Shown piece by piece: positions 8,156-17,830 of a stretch of DNA of 64,000 nucleotides (positions are counted from its first letter, which is position 1; every line of letters begins with the position of its first letter). This DNA comes from Candidatus Sulfomarinibacteraceae bacterium (lineage in GTDB: Bacteria; Acidobacteriota; Thermoanaerobaculia; Thermoanaerobaculales; Sulfomarinibacteraceae), in the NCBI GenBank assembly GCA_963796455.1, contig CAWCLO010000005.1:1-64000 (forward strand), read 5' to 3'. The position numbers and the translations under genes were made by a program. A model generated the notes under the pieces. The model was not told the origin of the DNA. It saw only the letters and a program-made list of their open reading frames with translations, and made no database searches.

Positions 8156-10957
8156 TTATGCCGGTTTCAGGATTCCCATTTCGAGCGCCCGGTTCACCGC
8201 CTGGCGGCGGCTGTTGACATCGAGCTTCGAGTAGATGTGTTTGAGGTGGTAGTTGACCGTGTGGGTCGAGATGCACAGTCTGGCGGCGATCTCTTTGTTG
8301 TAGAGCCGCTGGTGCAGCAATTCGAGGATGTCGAGCTCGCGGTCGGTGAGAGCATCCATCGGAGAGAGACCGGTTGCGGTTGGTGTTTCTGTCCGTTTGG
8401 CGGCCGGCGATTCAACGGGCGGCCCCGATGATGTCTGAGTTGGCGCTGCCGCATCCGCGGGTTCGAATGCAGCCAGCACCCGGCGGACGAAGTCTTCGTC
8501 CTCGGCTTTCGATTTCAGGCGCTCGAGCATCCCGGCCATGACCGGGCCGGCCTCGACAAACGGACGGACCCAGCCGCCTGGCCGTGCCAGTGACAGCGCG
8601 TTTTCGAGCTGCGACGAAGCCTCCTCGCTACGCCCCTGCTTCTCGAGGACAACAGCCTTCAGGACCGCAACTTCGATTGTATGGCAATCGAATCGCCACG
8701 TGATGCTACGTTCTCGGATGGTCTCCAACAACTTCGATGCACTTTCGAGGCTCCGTTCCGAACCGAGGGCCGTCAGGACCCTCGCTTTGGTGATCGACGG
8801 AACCTCCAACCACATGAAGAGATCGGGAAGCTCCGGCGGCTCACGAACCGTTTTTGCCCAAGCTACCGCCGCCTCTGGATCTCCCTGGAGCACGCTGAGC
8901 CGGGCACGGCACGAGGTGGCGACCTCGAGGAGATCAGGCGCACCGGTCTCGACGGTCCAGGTCATCAGTGACTCCGCCGTCTTGTCGGCGTTCGGCGTAT
9001 CTTCCGAGAGTTGGTAGGCGATGGCGAGCCCAGTCAGTCCGTCGACGACCGCCTTAGGTTCCAACTCGTACCTGTGCCGATCCATCTCGATGAAAGCGTC
9101 GATCGCCTCGTTCAGATCTTGGGTTTGGAAGTGGGCATGGGCATGAAAGTACTGAGCCCAGGCGATGGTGTTACTCATCCCGGCCCGTTGAGCGTGGGTA
9201 GTGATCTGATCGGTGCAGAGTTGTGCGGCGGCCAGATCACCGGCTGTGAAATGGACGAAGGTCAGCGCAGCCAGAACCTGGCTGATGAGCGCAGCCTCGT
9301 TTGAATCTGCAGTCCGAATCCGGTTTTCGAGAGCTTGAATCGCCATCTCGCCTTCGCCGTTGATGCGGCGCGCCAGGCCAAGCATGATCTCGACATTGCC
9401 CTCGACAATGCCACCGACGCCACCGAGCGCCGACAAGGCCCTTTCCAACAACATCCTCGATTTTTCTGTCTCACCGGTCCAGTACGCAAACTGCCCAATG
9501 AAGAAATCCAACTCGCCACGAAGGGACGCCGAGCCGACTGTTTCGTCGTCAAGCAGCGCCCGAGCCTGTTCGGCCAAGGCCATCATCTTTTCCAGCTCCC
9601 AGCGCCAGTACGCGATAAAAGCCTGCATCAGAAGTAATCCGGCATTGCTCTGCCGAGTCTCCACCGGTAGCTGGCAAAGCAGCTTCTCGGTGAAGTACCA
9701 CTGGTCCGAATTCAGGAGCTCATAGCGCTGTCGCAAGACGATATCGGCCGCCCGGTCCGTTTGCCCGGCAACCAGCGCATGCGCGACGGATTCCTCGAGG
9801 TAACCACGACCCTCGAGCCATTCACTCGCCCGGAGATGCAGGGTCACGATTTCGGATGACTCAAGGCGTTGTTCGAGCTGTTTGATCAGGATCTCCTGGA
9901 AGAGGTGATGGAAGCGGAACCACTCCCCCTGAACATCGAGAGGAATCGTAAACAGGTTGCTGCGTTGCAGCAGGTCGACGAATTCCCTGCCGCTGAGGCA
10001 CATATTTTCGGAGGTAGAATCCAGTGAGCAGACCGCCTCGAAGAGCTGCGGACAGAAGCGGTCAAGGATCGATATTTTCAGCAGGCACTCGCGAACCAGG
10101 GGTGGTTGGCCCGAGAGGACCTCGTGAATCAGATACTCCTGCGTATGCGGGAGTCCGCCGTGCAGGCTCTCGAGAAAAGCGGCCGGGTCTTCGGTATGAC
10201 GAAGAGCGAGGCACACGAGTTGCAGACCGGCCGCCCACCCCTCGATCTGGCGATCCAGATTGACGATGCTCGTGGCCCCAGCAGGAATGTCGACAACCGT
10301 AGCCAACAACTCGGCGGTCTCCGTTTTCGTGAACCGAAGGTCTTCGAGGCGGATCTCGGTCACCAGGTTCTTGCCCCGCAAGGACGACATCGGCAGAGGC
10401 GGGTCCCGTCGGGTCGCCATCACGATGTTCAGTGAACGCGGCGGGTGATCCAGAACAAAGGACATCAGGTCGTGGACTGCCGATGACCTCTCGATCCGGT
10501 GGTAATCGTCCAGGACAAGCACGAAATCTTCGTCGATTGCGTCAAGCTCGTTGAGCAGACTGGCACCAAGCACAGGAAGTGGTGCGGGGTTTGGCGACAT
10601 GATCATGGATTCGGTGTGCACGCAGGTGTCTGGGAAGCATGTCTGGATCGCGACCAGGACGTATTCCAGGAAATCGGTGACGTCGTTTTCGGCGGCGTCC
10701 AGCGACAGCCATGCACACGGCCGATCCAGCGTCTCGGCCCAGAGGCTGACCATCGTGCTCTTTCCGTATCCGGCCGGCGCCGAGACCACGGTCAGCGGCA
10801 TTTGCAGCCCGAAATCCAGGCGCTCATGGAGCCTCTCTCGGCGCACGAGCTGATCGGTCACCGGGGGCCGGTGGAGCTTTGTACGGATGACAGGCAGGCC
10901 CTGCCCTCCGGTGTTGCGCCGCGCCTCTCCTCCTGGGCGATCACTTTTCGGTGCCAT
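8156..10957 (-). CDS. MalT-like large ATP-binding LuxR (LAL) transcriptional regulator
   Basis: IRTKLHRPP, Walker [39 protein letters not shown], a TPR-like region and a C-terminal LuxR HTH ([31 protein letters not shown]). Start set at ATG 10957. Confidence 0.92.
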   Translation of the reverse strand: MAPKSDRPGGEARRNTGGQGLPVIRTKLHRPPVTDQLVRRERLHERLDFGLQMPLTVVSAPAGYGKSTMVSLWAETLDRPCAWLSLDAAENDVTDFLEYVLVAIQTCFPDTCVHTESMIMSPNPAPLPVLGASLLNELDAIDEDFVLVLDDYHRIERSSAVHDLMSFVLDHPPRSLNIVMATRRDPPLPMSSLRGKNLVTEIRLEDLRFTKTETAELLATVVDIPAGATSIVNLDRQIEGWAAGLQLVCLALRHTEDPAAFLESLHGGLPHTQEYLIHEVLSGQPPLVRECLLKISILDRFCPQLFEAVCSLDSTSENMCLSGREFVDLLQRSNLFTIPLDVQGEWFRFHHLFQEILIKQLEQRLESSEIVTLHLRASEWLEGRGYLEESVAHALVAGQTDRAADIVLRQRYELLNSDQWYFTEKLLCQLPVETRQSNAGLLLMQAFIAYWRWELEKMMALAEQARALLDDETVGSASLRGELDFFIGQFAYWTGETEKSRMLLERALSALGGVGGIVEGNVEIMLGLARRINGEGEMAIQALENRIRTADSNEAALISQVLAALTFVHFTAGDLAAAQLCTDQITTHAQRAGMSNTIAWAQYFHAHAHFQTQDLNEAIDAFIEMDRHRYELEPKAVVDGLTGLAIAYQLSEDTPNADKTAESLMTWTVETGAPDLLEVATSCRARLSVLQGDPEAAVAWAKTVREPPELPDLFMWLEVPSITKARVLTALGSERSLESASKLLETIRERSITWRFDCHTIEVAVLKAVVLEKQGRSEEASSQLENALSLARPGGWVRPFVEAGPVMAGMLERLKSKAEDEDFVRRVLAAFEPADAAAPTQTSSGPPVESPAAKRTETPTATGLSPMDALTDRELDILELLHQRLYNKEIAARLCISTHTVNYHLKHIYSKLDVNSRRQAVNRALEMGILKPA

Positions 10958-11035
10958 TGGCGGGTAATTGTACCCCCGATCGATGACTGAGAACCAATAC
11001 CGTTTGGAAATCCGGTTCCGAGTTATGCTCATCTG

Positions 11036-12442
11036 GTGAACCGGGTACTGATTCTCCATCGAGATCGGCGCTCCCTGCGCAACCTGGAGAAACTTCTGCT
11101 CGATCGGGCCGACTACCGCGTATCCCTCGCGGAATCGATCGGCGACGCAGTGGAGCAGATGGTTCGTGACCGACCGAATCTCGTGCTGCTCTGTCTCCCG
11201 CTCGCGAAGTTGTCCGGCAGCGATGCGGTTGCCGCAGTTCGCGCCGCCGAACCGAAGATGCCGGTTGTGGTCCTGTCGTCTGAAGGTGGAACCGGCGAGA
11301 CGATCCAGGTGATCAAGGCGGGCGCTTTCGACTACCTCCTCGAGCCCGTATCCGACGACGACCTTCTCGACACCATTGCCCAGGGAATCGAGACGGGTCG
11401 TCTGATGCTGTCGCCGGTGGCGATCAGCCAGGCACGTGGTGAGACGGCGGGTGAAGCGATCATCGGACGCTCGAAACCGATGCAGGAGATTTCCAAGGCG
11501 ATCGGCCGGATCGCTCCCACCAACACCACTGTTCTGATCCGAGGCGCTTCGGGTACCGGCAAAGAGCTTGTTGCGCGTGCGATCTACCAGCACTCGGCGC
11601 GCGTCGATGGGCCGTTTGTGGTCGTCAACTGCGTCGCGATTCCGGAAACCCTGCTCGAAAGCGAATTTTTCGGCTTCGAGCGGGGCTCGTTTACAGGTGC
11701 CGAAAAACGGCGGATCGGCAAGGTCGAACAGGCTGACGGGGGAACGCTGTTCCTCGATGAAATCGGTGATGTTCCGCTCCCCATCCAGGCAAAACTTCTT
11801 CGCCTCCTGGAGGACCGTTCGATCGAGCGTATCGGGGGTCGGGAGCCGATCCCGGTCGATGTGCGTATTCTCGCGGCCACCAATCGCGATCTCGAAGCGG
11901 CCATCGCGAGCGAACGTTTCCGAAACGATCTTTTCTACCGACTCAGTGTGGTGCCCATCCACATTCCGGCTCTCGTCGATCGGCTCGATGACGTTCCACT
12001 CCTGTGCGACTATTTTCTCGAGCGCTTTGCCCGCGAACTCGGTGTCCGGAACCCCGGTTTGGCCGCGGAGGCGTATCCCCTGCTCTGTGCCCACGACTGG
12101 CCCGGAAATGTCCGCGAACTGGCCAATCTGATGGAACAGTGTCTGATCTTCAGCCGCGGACAAGAGGTCGGCCCGGGATCGATCGAGCGCCTGCTGGTGG
12201 GTTCGCAGGAGCAATCGGTCGATCTGTTCCAGGCGACCGACCAGGAAATGCGCAAGAGCCTCCGGCGAGCTCTGGCGGACAACCCGACAAACCTGCTCGA
12301 AACGGTCACTGATCGCGTGAGCCGCCAGACCATTGCCGAGGTTCTACGCCACACCGACGGCAACCGTTCGCGAGCCGCTCGCTTGCTTGGAGTGTCACGA
12401 CCGACGCTTCTCGCCAAAATGCGCAAACATGGGCTTCAGTGA
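11036..12442 (+). CDS. Sigma-54 enhancer-binding protein (NtrC-like) with an atypical receiver
   Basis: [30 protein letters not shown] and a Fis-type HTH. The receiver has VLLCLP where the phospho-Asp is expected. Confidence 0.92.
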   Translation: MNRVLILHRDRRSLRNLEKLLLDRADYRVSLAESIGDAVEQMVRDRPNLVLLCLPLAKLSGSDAVAAVRAAEPKMPVVVLSSEGGTGETIQVIKAGAFDYLLEPVSDDDLLDTIAQGIETGRLMLSPVAISQARGETAGEAIIGRSKPMQEISKAIGRIAPTNTTVLIRGASGTGKELVARAIYQHSARVDGPFVVVNCVAIPETLLESEFFGFERGSFTGAEKRRIGKVEQADGGTLFLDEIGDVPLPIQAKLLRLLEDRSIERIGGREPIPVDVRILAATNRDLEAAIASERFRNDLFYRLSVVPIHIPALVDRLDDVPLLCDYFLERFARELGVRNPGLAAEAYPLLCAHDWPGNVRELANLMEQCLIFSRGQEVGPGSIERLLVGSQEQSVDLFQATDQEMRKSLRRALADNPTNLLETVTDRVSRQTIAEVLRHTDGNRSRAARLLGVSRPTLLAKMRKHGLQ

Positions 12443-12450
12443 TCTGAAAC

Positions 12451-12490
12451 TGATAAATTTTCTGACACCAATGTAAATTAATCTGACACC
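12451..12490 (+). promoter_or_regulatory. Tandem enhancer (UAS) sites for a sigma-54 activator
   Basis: TGATAAATTTTCTGACACC and TGTAAATTAATCTGACACC, 21 bp apart, about 100-135 bp upstream of a -24/-12 element. Confidence 0.65.
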
Positions 12491-12585
12491 CGTAGACGCG
12501 ATGATCCCCTGAGAGATCACTGCGGAAAACCCACGAATGTTGGTCTTATCCGTCCATCTCTTGTTGAGATTTCGCTCTGCAGACC

Positions 12586-12601
12586 TGGCACGTACTTTGC
12601 T
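12586..12601 (+). promoter_or_regulatory. Sigma-54 (-24/-12) promoter
   Basis: TGGCACGTACTTTGCT matches TGGCAC-N5-TTGC (GG-N10-GC); it ends 36 bp before ATG 12638. Confidence 0.85.
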
Positions 12602-12637
12602 GATTGTTCTGGTGTCGATTGGAGGTACGAGTTTCTC

Positions 12638-14371
12638 ATGACATCTACCGACGATTCCGACCGCCGAAGCGCTCCGCGGATTCGAGTCCGGACTGCGGTG
12701 GCTGGTTTGGCGCTTGTTGTCCTGGCGCCCCTCGTCATCACCGGCGCGATCAATCTCCAGCAATTCCAGCAGGTGTACCGCAGCAAGGTCGAAAACGAAC
12801 TCATGGCAATCATCGAACGCCACAGTTTGATCGTCGACTCGTTCATCGATGACCGCCTCAGTGATGTCCGGGTCATTGCTCGCGAGCACCCTGTCGAGAG
12901 GCTCAGTCAGCCGCAGTTCCTGCGCCGGGTGCTCAACCTCATGCGCGAGGAGTATCACGGCGCCTTTGTCGATCTCGGTCTGGTCAACGGAGACGGTGTC
13001 CAAATTGCCTACGCCGGCCCATTCAATCTCCAGATGGCGGACTACTCGTCGGCCCCCTGGTTCCAGCAGGCCGTCGCCAACGAGAGCCACGTCAGCGATG
13101 TTTTTGCCGGTCTGCGGGGCACTCCCCACTTCATCGTCGCGACCCAGCGGACGATCGGGGGAGAGCTCTATATCGTCAAGGCAACGATCGATTTCGAGGC
13201 CTTCAACGCCCTGGTCGAAAACATCCGGATCGGTCATACCGGTTTTGCGTTCATCATCAACCGGAGTGGCCAGTTTCAAACCAACCCTCGTTTCGAGGTT
13301 GGGCTCAATCGCTCTCCCTATGTGGGTCTTCTGAACGGAGAGATCCGATCCGACCGGATATTCGTCATTGACGGTGAGGATCAACTCGAAAGGCCATCGA
13401 TCTTCACCATCGCCCCACTCAACCAGCGCCAGTGGTTCCTGTGTTATCAGCAAGAGACCTCGGATGCGTTCGAGGAGCTTCGAAACCTGCAGGCCTTTGC
13501 GATTGCCGTTCTGGTCATCGTCTCGGTCATTGCGCTGATCACGGGATATCTGATCTCGCGGCGCCTTGCCCAACGCCTGGCCGAGGCCCACCATGACCGG
13601 ACGGTCATGACCCACCAGGTCATCGAGACGGGGCGCCTCGCGTCGATTGGTGAACTCGCCGCCGGAATCGCTCACGAGATCAACAACCCGGTGGCGATCA
13701 TGGTCCAGGAGGCCGGTTGGATCGATGATCTCCTGGCCGAAGGCGAGCCGATCTCGGGTGCGAATCTGGAGGAGATCGAACGCGCTGTCGGTCAGATCCG
13801 GACCCAGGGCGACCGCTGTAAAGAAATCACGTACAAGCTTTTGAGCTTTGCCCGAAAAACCGATCCAACGGTTCGCGAGGTCGAGCTCAATGATCTCGTT
13901 GACGAAGTTACCGGGCTGACCTCGCAGAAAACCCGTTATGCGAATGTCCGCATCGTGACGGAACTGAGTCCGGATCTGCCCCCTATCCAGGCCGCACCTT
14001 CCGAGCTGCAGCAGGTTCTGCTCAATCTGGTGAACAACGCGATCGACGCCATCGAAAGACCGGGAGGAACGGTCACAGTCAGTACCCGGGCCTCGGGCGA
14101 CGATGTGGTTCTCGAAGTGAGCGATACCGGGAAGGGAATACCCGAAGCAAATCTCGCCCGGATCTTCGATCCGTTTTTCACCACCAAACCGGTTGGTCAG
14201 GGCACCGGTCTCGGGCTTTCGATTTGTTACGGAATCATCGAAAAGATGGGCGGCACGATCACCGTTGAGAGCGAAATTGAAAAGGGCACCACATTCAGTG
14301 TGGTTTTCCCGAGAAACGCCGCGACGAGCGACCCGGCGGCTGGATCACAGGTCGAGGGAGAAGAATCATGA
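12638..14371 (+). CDS. Membrane sensor histidine kinase (Cache-like periplasmic domain, NtrB/AtoS type)
   Basis: Two TM helices. H-box AAGIAHEINNP, N-box LNLVNNAIDA, DTGKG, FDPFFTTK and GTGLGL. Confidence 0.93.
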   Translation: MTSTDDSDRRSAPRIRVRTAVAGLALVVLAPLVITGAINLQQFQQVYRSKVENELMAIIERHSLIVDSFIDDRLSDVRVIAREHPVERLSQPQFLRRVLNLMREEYHGAFVDLGLVNGDGVQIAYAGPFNLQMADYSSAPWFQQAVANESHVSDVFAGLRGTPHFIVATQRTIGGELYIVKATIDFEAFNALVENIRIGHTGFAFIINRSGQFQTNPRFEVGLNRSPYVGLLNGEIRSDRIFVIDGEDQLERPSIFTIAPLNQRQWFLCYQQETSDAFEELRNLQAFAIAVLVIVSVIALITGYLISRRLAQRLAEAHHDRTVMTHQVIETGRLASIGELAAGIAHEINNPVAIMVQEAGWIDDLLAEGEPISGANLEEIERAVGQIRTQGDRCKEITYKLLSFARKTDPTVREVELNDLVDEVTGLTSQKTRYANVRIVTELSPDLPPIQAAPSELQQVLLNLVNNAIDAIERPGGTVTVSTRASGDDVVLEVSDTGKGIPEANLARIFDPFFTTKPVGQGTGLGLSICYGIIEKMGGTITVESEIEKGTTFSVVFPRNAATSDPAAGSQVEGEES

Positions 14372-14808
14372 TCGAAGCATCTGTACTGGTTGTTGATGAC
14401 GAAGCCGCATACGTCGAGACCCTCGTGAAACGCCTCGCAAAAAGGAACCTTCGGGTGGATTTTGCCCACAGCGGTCACGACGCATTGGAAAAACTCGGGG
14501 GTGGTGGGCCAACTTCAACCGACGTCATCATTCTGGACGTCAAGATGCCCGGGATGGATGGTCTCGAGGCACTTGCGCGAATCAAGGAAAAGCACCCCCT
14601 GATCGAAGTCATCATGCTCACCGGCCACGCCACGGTGGAGTCCGCGATCGAGGGCATGAAACAGGGCGCCTTCGACTATTTGATGAAGCCCTGCGATATC
14701 GAGATTCTGATCGAGAAGATCAACAAAGCGGCGGCAAAAAAGAGGGAGCATGAAACGAGAATTCTCGAGGCTCGAGCGGCCCTGATCGGGCTTCGAAGGG
14801 GAGACTGA
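14368..14808 (+). CDS. Stand-alone response regulator (receiver)
   Basis: VVDDE, LDVKMPGMDG, LTGH, YLMKP. Confidence 0.92.
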   Translation: MIEASVLVVDDEAAYVETLVKRLAKRNLRVDFAHSGHDALEKLGGGGPTSTDVIILDVKMPGMDGLEALARIKEKHPLIEVIMLTGHATVESAIEGMKQGAFDYLMKPCDIEILIEKINKAAAKKREHETRILEARAALIGLRRGD

Positions 14809-14818
14809 GAGAGGCGCC

Positions 14819-15205
14819 ATGGTTGATTCGTCACAGATCGTCAGATTGCTCCTGGTGGACGACGAGGTGGGCTACCTCGAGGTGCTCTCCAAGCGGCTCA
14901 CCCACCGTGGCTTCAAGGTCACGACCGCGAGGAGCGGCGAAGAAGCGATCCGGGCGCTGCGCAATTGGGACTTCGATCTGGCGGTGGTGGATTTGAAGAT
15001 GGAGGACATGGATGGCATCGAGGTGCTCAAGGTCCTCAAAAGGATGGACCCCGCGCTGCACGTGATCATCTTGACCGGACACGGCTCGGAGCGCGCTGCG
15101 AGAGACGGTATTGCGCAGGGAGCTTTCGATTATCTGATCAAACCTATCGGTCTCGACCCACTGATTGCGAGGATACGTGCCGCGATGAGCTCGGAGTCGT
15201 CTTGA
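14819..15205 (+). CDS. Stand-alone response regulator (receiver)
   Basis: LVDDE, VDLKM, LTGH, YLIKP. Confidence 0.92.
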   Translation: MVDSSQIVRLLLVDDEVGYLEVLSKRLTHRGFKVTTARSGEEAIRALRNWDFDLAVVDLKMEDMDGIEVLKVLKRMDPALHVIILTGHGSERAARDGIAQGAFDYLIKPIGLDPLIARIRAAMSSESS

Positions 15206-15287
15206 TCCGATGGTGGAGACATTCAATGATTTATGACCGGCCGGATCCGGATTCGCTGTTTGACTTGATTTTATTTGGGGGGAAATC

Positions 15288-16601
15288 GTGAGTTTTTTCA
15301 AATTGTTGGGAGAATTTATGACCGCGGGGGCGCGCGCTCACGCTCAATGGGAGCTGAATATTTCGAACAGGATCATGGGTGATCCGAGGCGGCTTGTGAT
15401 CCTTGTCCTTCTGGTGATTCCGATCTTTGTTTTCGGGCCGTGGGCGGCCGCCCAGGTTATGGACCAGGCGGCTGCTGCCGGTGAGACCCTGCCCGATATT
15501 CTGGGCGGGAAAAAGGCGTACAGCCCCGCTTATTATTCGACGGGGATCTTTATCGCCTCGATTCTCATCGGGCTGTGTGCGGGGCTGATCACCGGTTGCA
15601 TCGGTGCCGGTGGCGGTTTCATCATCGCTCCCGCGCTGATGTCGGCTGGAATCAAGGGCATCCTGGCGGTTGGAACGGATCTGTTTCACATTTTCGCGAA
15701 GGCCATCATGGGCAGCGTCATCCACCGCAAACTCGGAAATGTCTCGATGCCGCTCGCATTCACATTTCTGATCGGGGCCATCGGTGGCGCAACCCTCGGA
15801 GGGGTGATCAACCGGGTTCTCTACGAGATCAATCCCGTGTTGTCGGATGCATTCATCACGACGATCTACTCCATCATGCTCGGCGGTCTCGGCGCCTACG
15901 CCATGATGGATTATCTGAAGGCACGAAAGAGCGCTTCTCCCGGCGGCGACGCCCACGGCGGAAGGTCTGAAGGGGCCGAGCTCGGAAATCTGCCAAAGAA
16001 ACTCCAGGCGATCAACGCGCCGCCGATGATCACCTTTGATCAGAATCTGGTGCCCGGCGGCCGCCGCATCTCGGCGTGGTTCCTGATCGCCAGCGGTTTT
16101 CTCGTAGGTTTTGCCGCGGCCATCATGGGTGTGGGCGGCGGCTTCCTGACCTTCCCGATTTTTGTCTACACCCTCGGCGTGTCCTCCATGACCACCGTGG
16201 GCACCGATATCTTCCAGATCGTCTTTACCGCCGGCTATGCAGCCATCAGCCAGTACGCCATCTACGGCTTCATCTTCTATACCCTGGCGATGGGGATGCT
16301 CATCGGCTCGCTCTTCGGCGTCCAGGTGGGCGCCATGGTGACCAAGGTCGTCGAGGGCATCACGATTCGCGGCTTCTACGCCATGGCGGTCCTTGCCGGT
16401 TTCATCAATCGCATCTTCGCCCTTCCCGGCAAGCTCTCGGACCTCGAGGTGATTTCACTTTCGCCCGGCGTCGTCAGCGTCCTCGACGGCATCGGGATCT
16501 GGGCATTTTTCCTGGTGATCGGAGGATTCGCGGTGTGGGTTCTCTACACCTTTTTCAGTAACCTCGGAAGACTCCGTGGGGCGGCGGAGGTGTCATCATG
16601 A
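15288..16601 (+). CDS. Sulfite exporter TauE/SafE (TSUP) family permease
   Basis: Duplicated GxGGGF motifs (GCIGAGGGF, MGVGGGF), AVGTDL/TVGTDI, about 10 TM helices. Confidence 0.88.
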   Translation: MSFFKLLGEFMTAGARAHAQWELNISNRIMGDPRRLVILVLLVIPIFVFGPWAAAQVMDQAAAAGETLPDILGGKKAYSPAYYSTGIFIASILIGLCAGLITGCIGAGGGFIIAPALMSAGIKGILAVGTDLFHIFAKAIMGSVIHRKLGNVSMPLAFTFLIGAIGGATLGGVINRVLYEINPVLSDAFITTIYSIMLGGLGAYAMMDYLKARKSASPGGDAHGGRSEGAELGNLPKKLQAINAPPMITFDQNLVPGGRRISAWFLIASGFLVGFAAAIMGVGGGFLTFPIFVYTLGVSSMTTVGTDIFQIVFTAGYAAISQYAIYGFIFYTLAMGMLIGSLFGVQVGAMVTKVVEGITIRGFYAMAVLAGFINRIFALPGKLSDLEVISLSPGVVSVLDGIGIWAFFLVIGGFAVWVLYTFFSNLGRLRGAAEVSS

Positions 16602-17290
16602 GCACGTTCAAAAAGAAAGAATTCGGCATTGGTGTGTTCCTGCTGGCGACCTTCACCGCGGTGATGATCGGTATCTTCCTGCCGCTCATCGACGGCGAGA
16701 ACGCTCTCAACTATCTCGACAACCTCTACAACTCCATCTCCAAGGGCTCGGCCTATTACATCCCAAAGGTCGAGCACATGGTGGAGGATCACGGTACCGA
16801 AAATGTCACCCTGAACCTCAAGATGGCTGATTCCGCCACCGCACAGGTCGCCGAACAGCTGTTTTCCAAAACCGGCGCAACCACGGCGGTTGAGAACAAC
16901 AACCTGATGGTCAACGGCGATCTTCAGGTAATTTTTTCAGCCTGCCTCGACGATTCCGATTCGGCGTACCACAATCGAGGCGAAGATCTCATGGCCCGAT
17001 ACGGCATGGAGGCCCGGTCTGCTCTCCACACCTGGTGGTTATCCCTCGCGGCGATGGAAAAGGATCTCAACCGACAGAAGCTCTTTGCCGCGGCCCAACT
17101 GACCCATACCGTGCAGGCGAAAACAGTCGAGTGTGCTTACAACTATTATGGGATCGAGGCACAGGCAATCAAGGACCGGTGGGGCACGGTGCTTTTCTCG
17201 CTGCTGTTCTATGTGCTCTATACCATCTGGTACGGATACGGGATCATGTACGTCTTCGAGGGCCTTGGTTTCGAGTTGGCTGCGCATTAA
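16598..17290 (+). CDS. Membrane protein (2 TM) accompanying the TauE permease
   Basis: ATGA overlap with the TauE gene; hydrophobic N- and C-terminal segments around a soluble domain. Confidence 0.75.
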   Translation: MSTFKKKEFGIGVFLLATFTAVMIGIFLPLIDGENALNYLDNLYNSISKGSAYYIPKVEHMVEDHGTENVTLNLKMADSATAQVAEQLFSKTGATTAVENNNLMVNGDLQVIFSACLDDSDSAYHNRGEDLMARYGMEARSALHTWWLSLAAMEKDLNRQKLFAAAQLTHTVQAKTVECAYNYYGIEAQAIKDRWGTVLFSLLFYVLYTIWYGYGIMYVFEGLGFELAAH

Positions 17291-17376
17291 GCTCGTAGCG
17301 TTCGCGTTAGGATGGGCCTCGAGACCTGAGGCATTAATGGTGCGCACTGAGCGCACCGAGAGGGGAGGGTCCTGCA

Positions 17377-17805
17377 ATGGCCATTTCGGTTCTGCTGGTG
17401 GATGATGAAGAGACCTTCGTCCAGACGCTGGCGAAACGGCTGACCCTGCGCCGTTTCAACGTCTATACCGCGACCCGGGCCGAGCGGGCATTCGAGACCC
17501 TCAGCAACAATCCGGTGGATGTCGTGGTGCTCGATGTCAGAATGCCCGATCTCGATGGCATCGAAGCCACCAGGACGATCAAGAACTCTCACCCCCTGGT
17601 GGAGGTCATCCTCCTGACCGGGCACGCCAGCATGGAGGCCTCACTGGAGGGGATGAAGATGGGCGCTTTCGACTATCTCCTCAAACCGCTCAACATCGAC
17701 GAACTGGTGTACAAGATCGAGGACGCGCACCGCAAAAAAGAGCTCCAGGAAGAAAAGATTCGCCACCTGCGCGATCGGGCTGACGAGTCCGGCGGCGAGG
17801 AGTGA
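17377..17805 (+). CDS. Stand-alone response regulator (receiver)
   Basis: LVDDE, LDVRMP, LTGH, YLLKP; similar to 14368-14808. Confidence 0.92.
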   Translation: MAISVLLVDDEETFVQTLAKRLTLRRFNVYTATRAERAFETLSNNPVDVVVLDVRMPDLDGIEATRTIKNSHPLVEVILLTGHASMEASLEGMKMGAFDYLLKPLNIDELVYKIEDAHRKKELQEEKIRHLRDRADESGGEE

Positions 17806-17830
17806 TCCGGTCCTGTAGGTGGTGGTGAGA

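Noticed and set aside
10958..12214. 419-aa N-terminal extension of the MalT-like ORF (1352 aa in the track)
   Set aside because: It is the antisense shadow of the sigma-54 activator; MalT homology starts only near 10957.
12395..13675. Long antisense ORFs (also 19080-20405, 23293-24318, 47788-48894) and the same-strand alternate-frame ORF 61158-62672
   Set aside because: Shadows of well-supported genes in GC-rich DNA, with no recognisable motifs.
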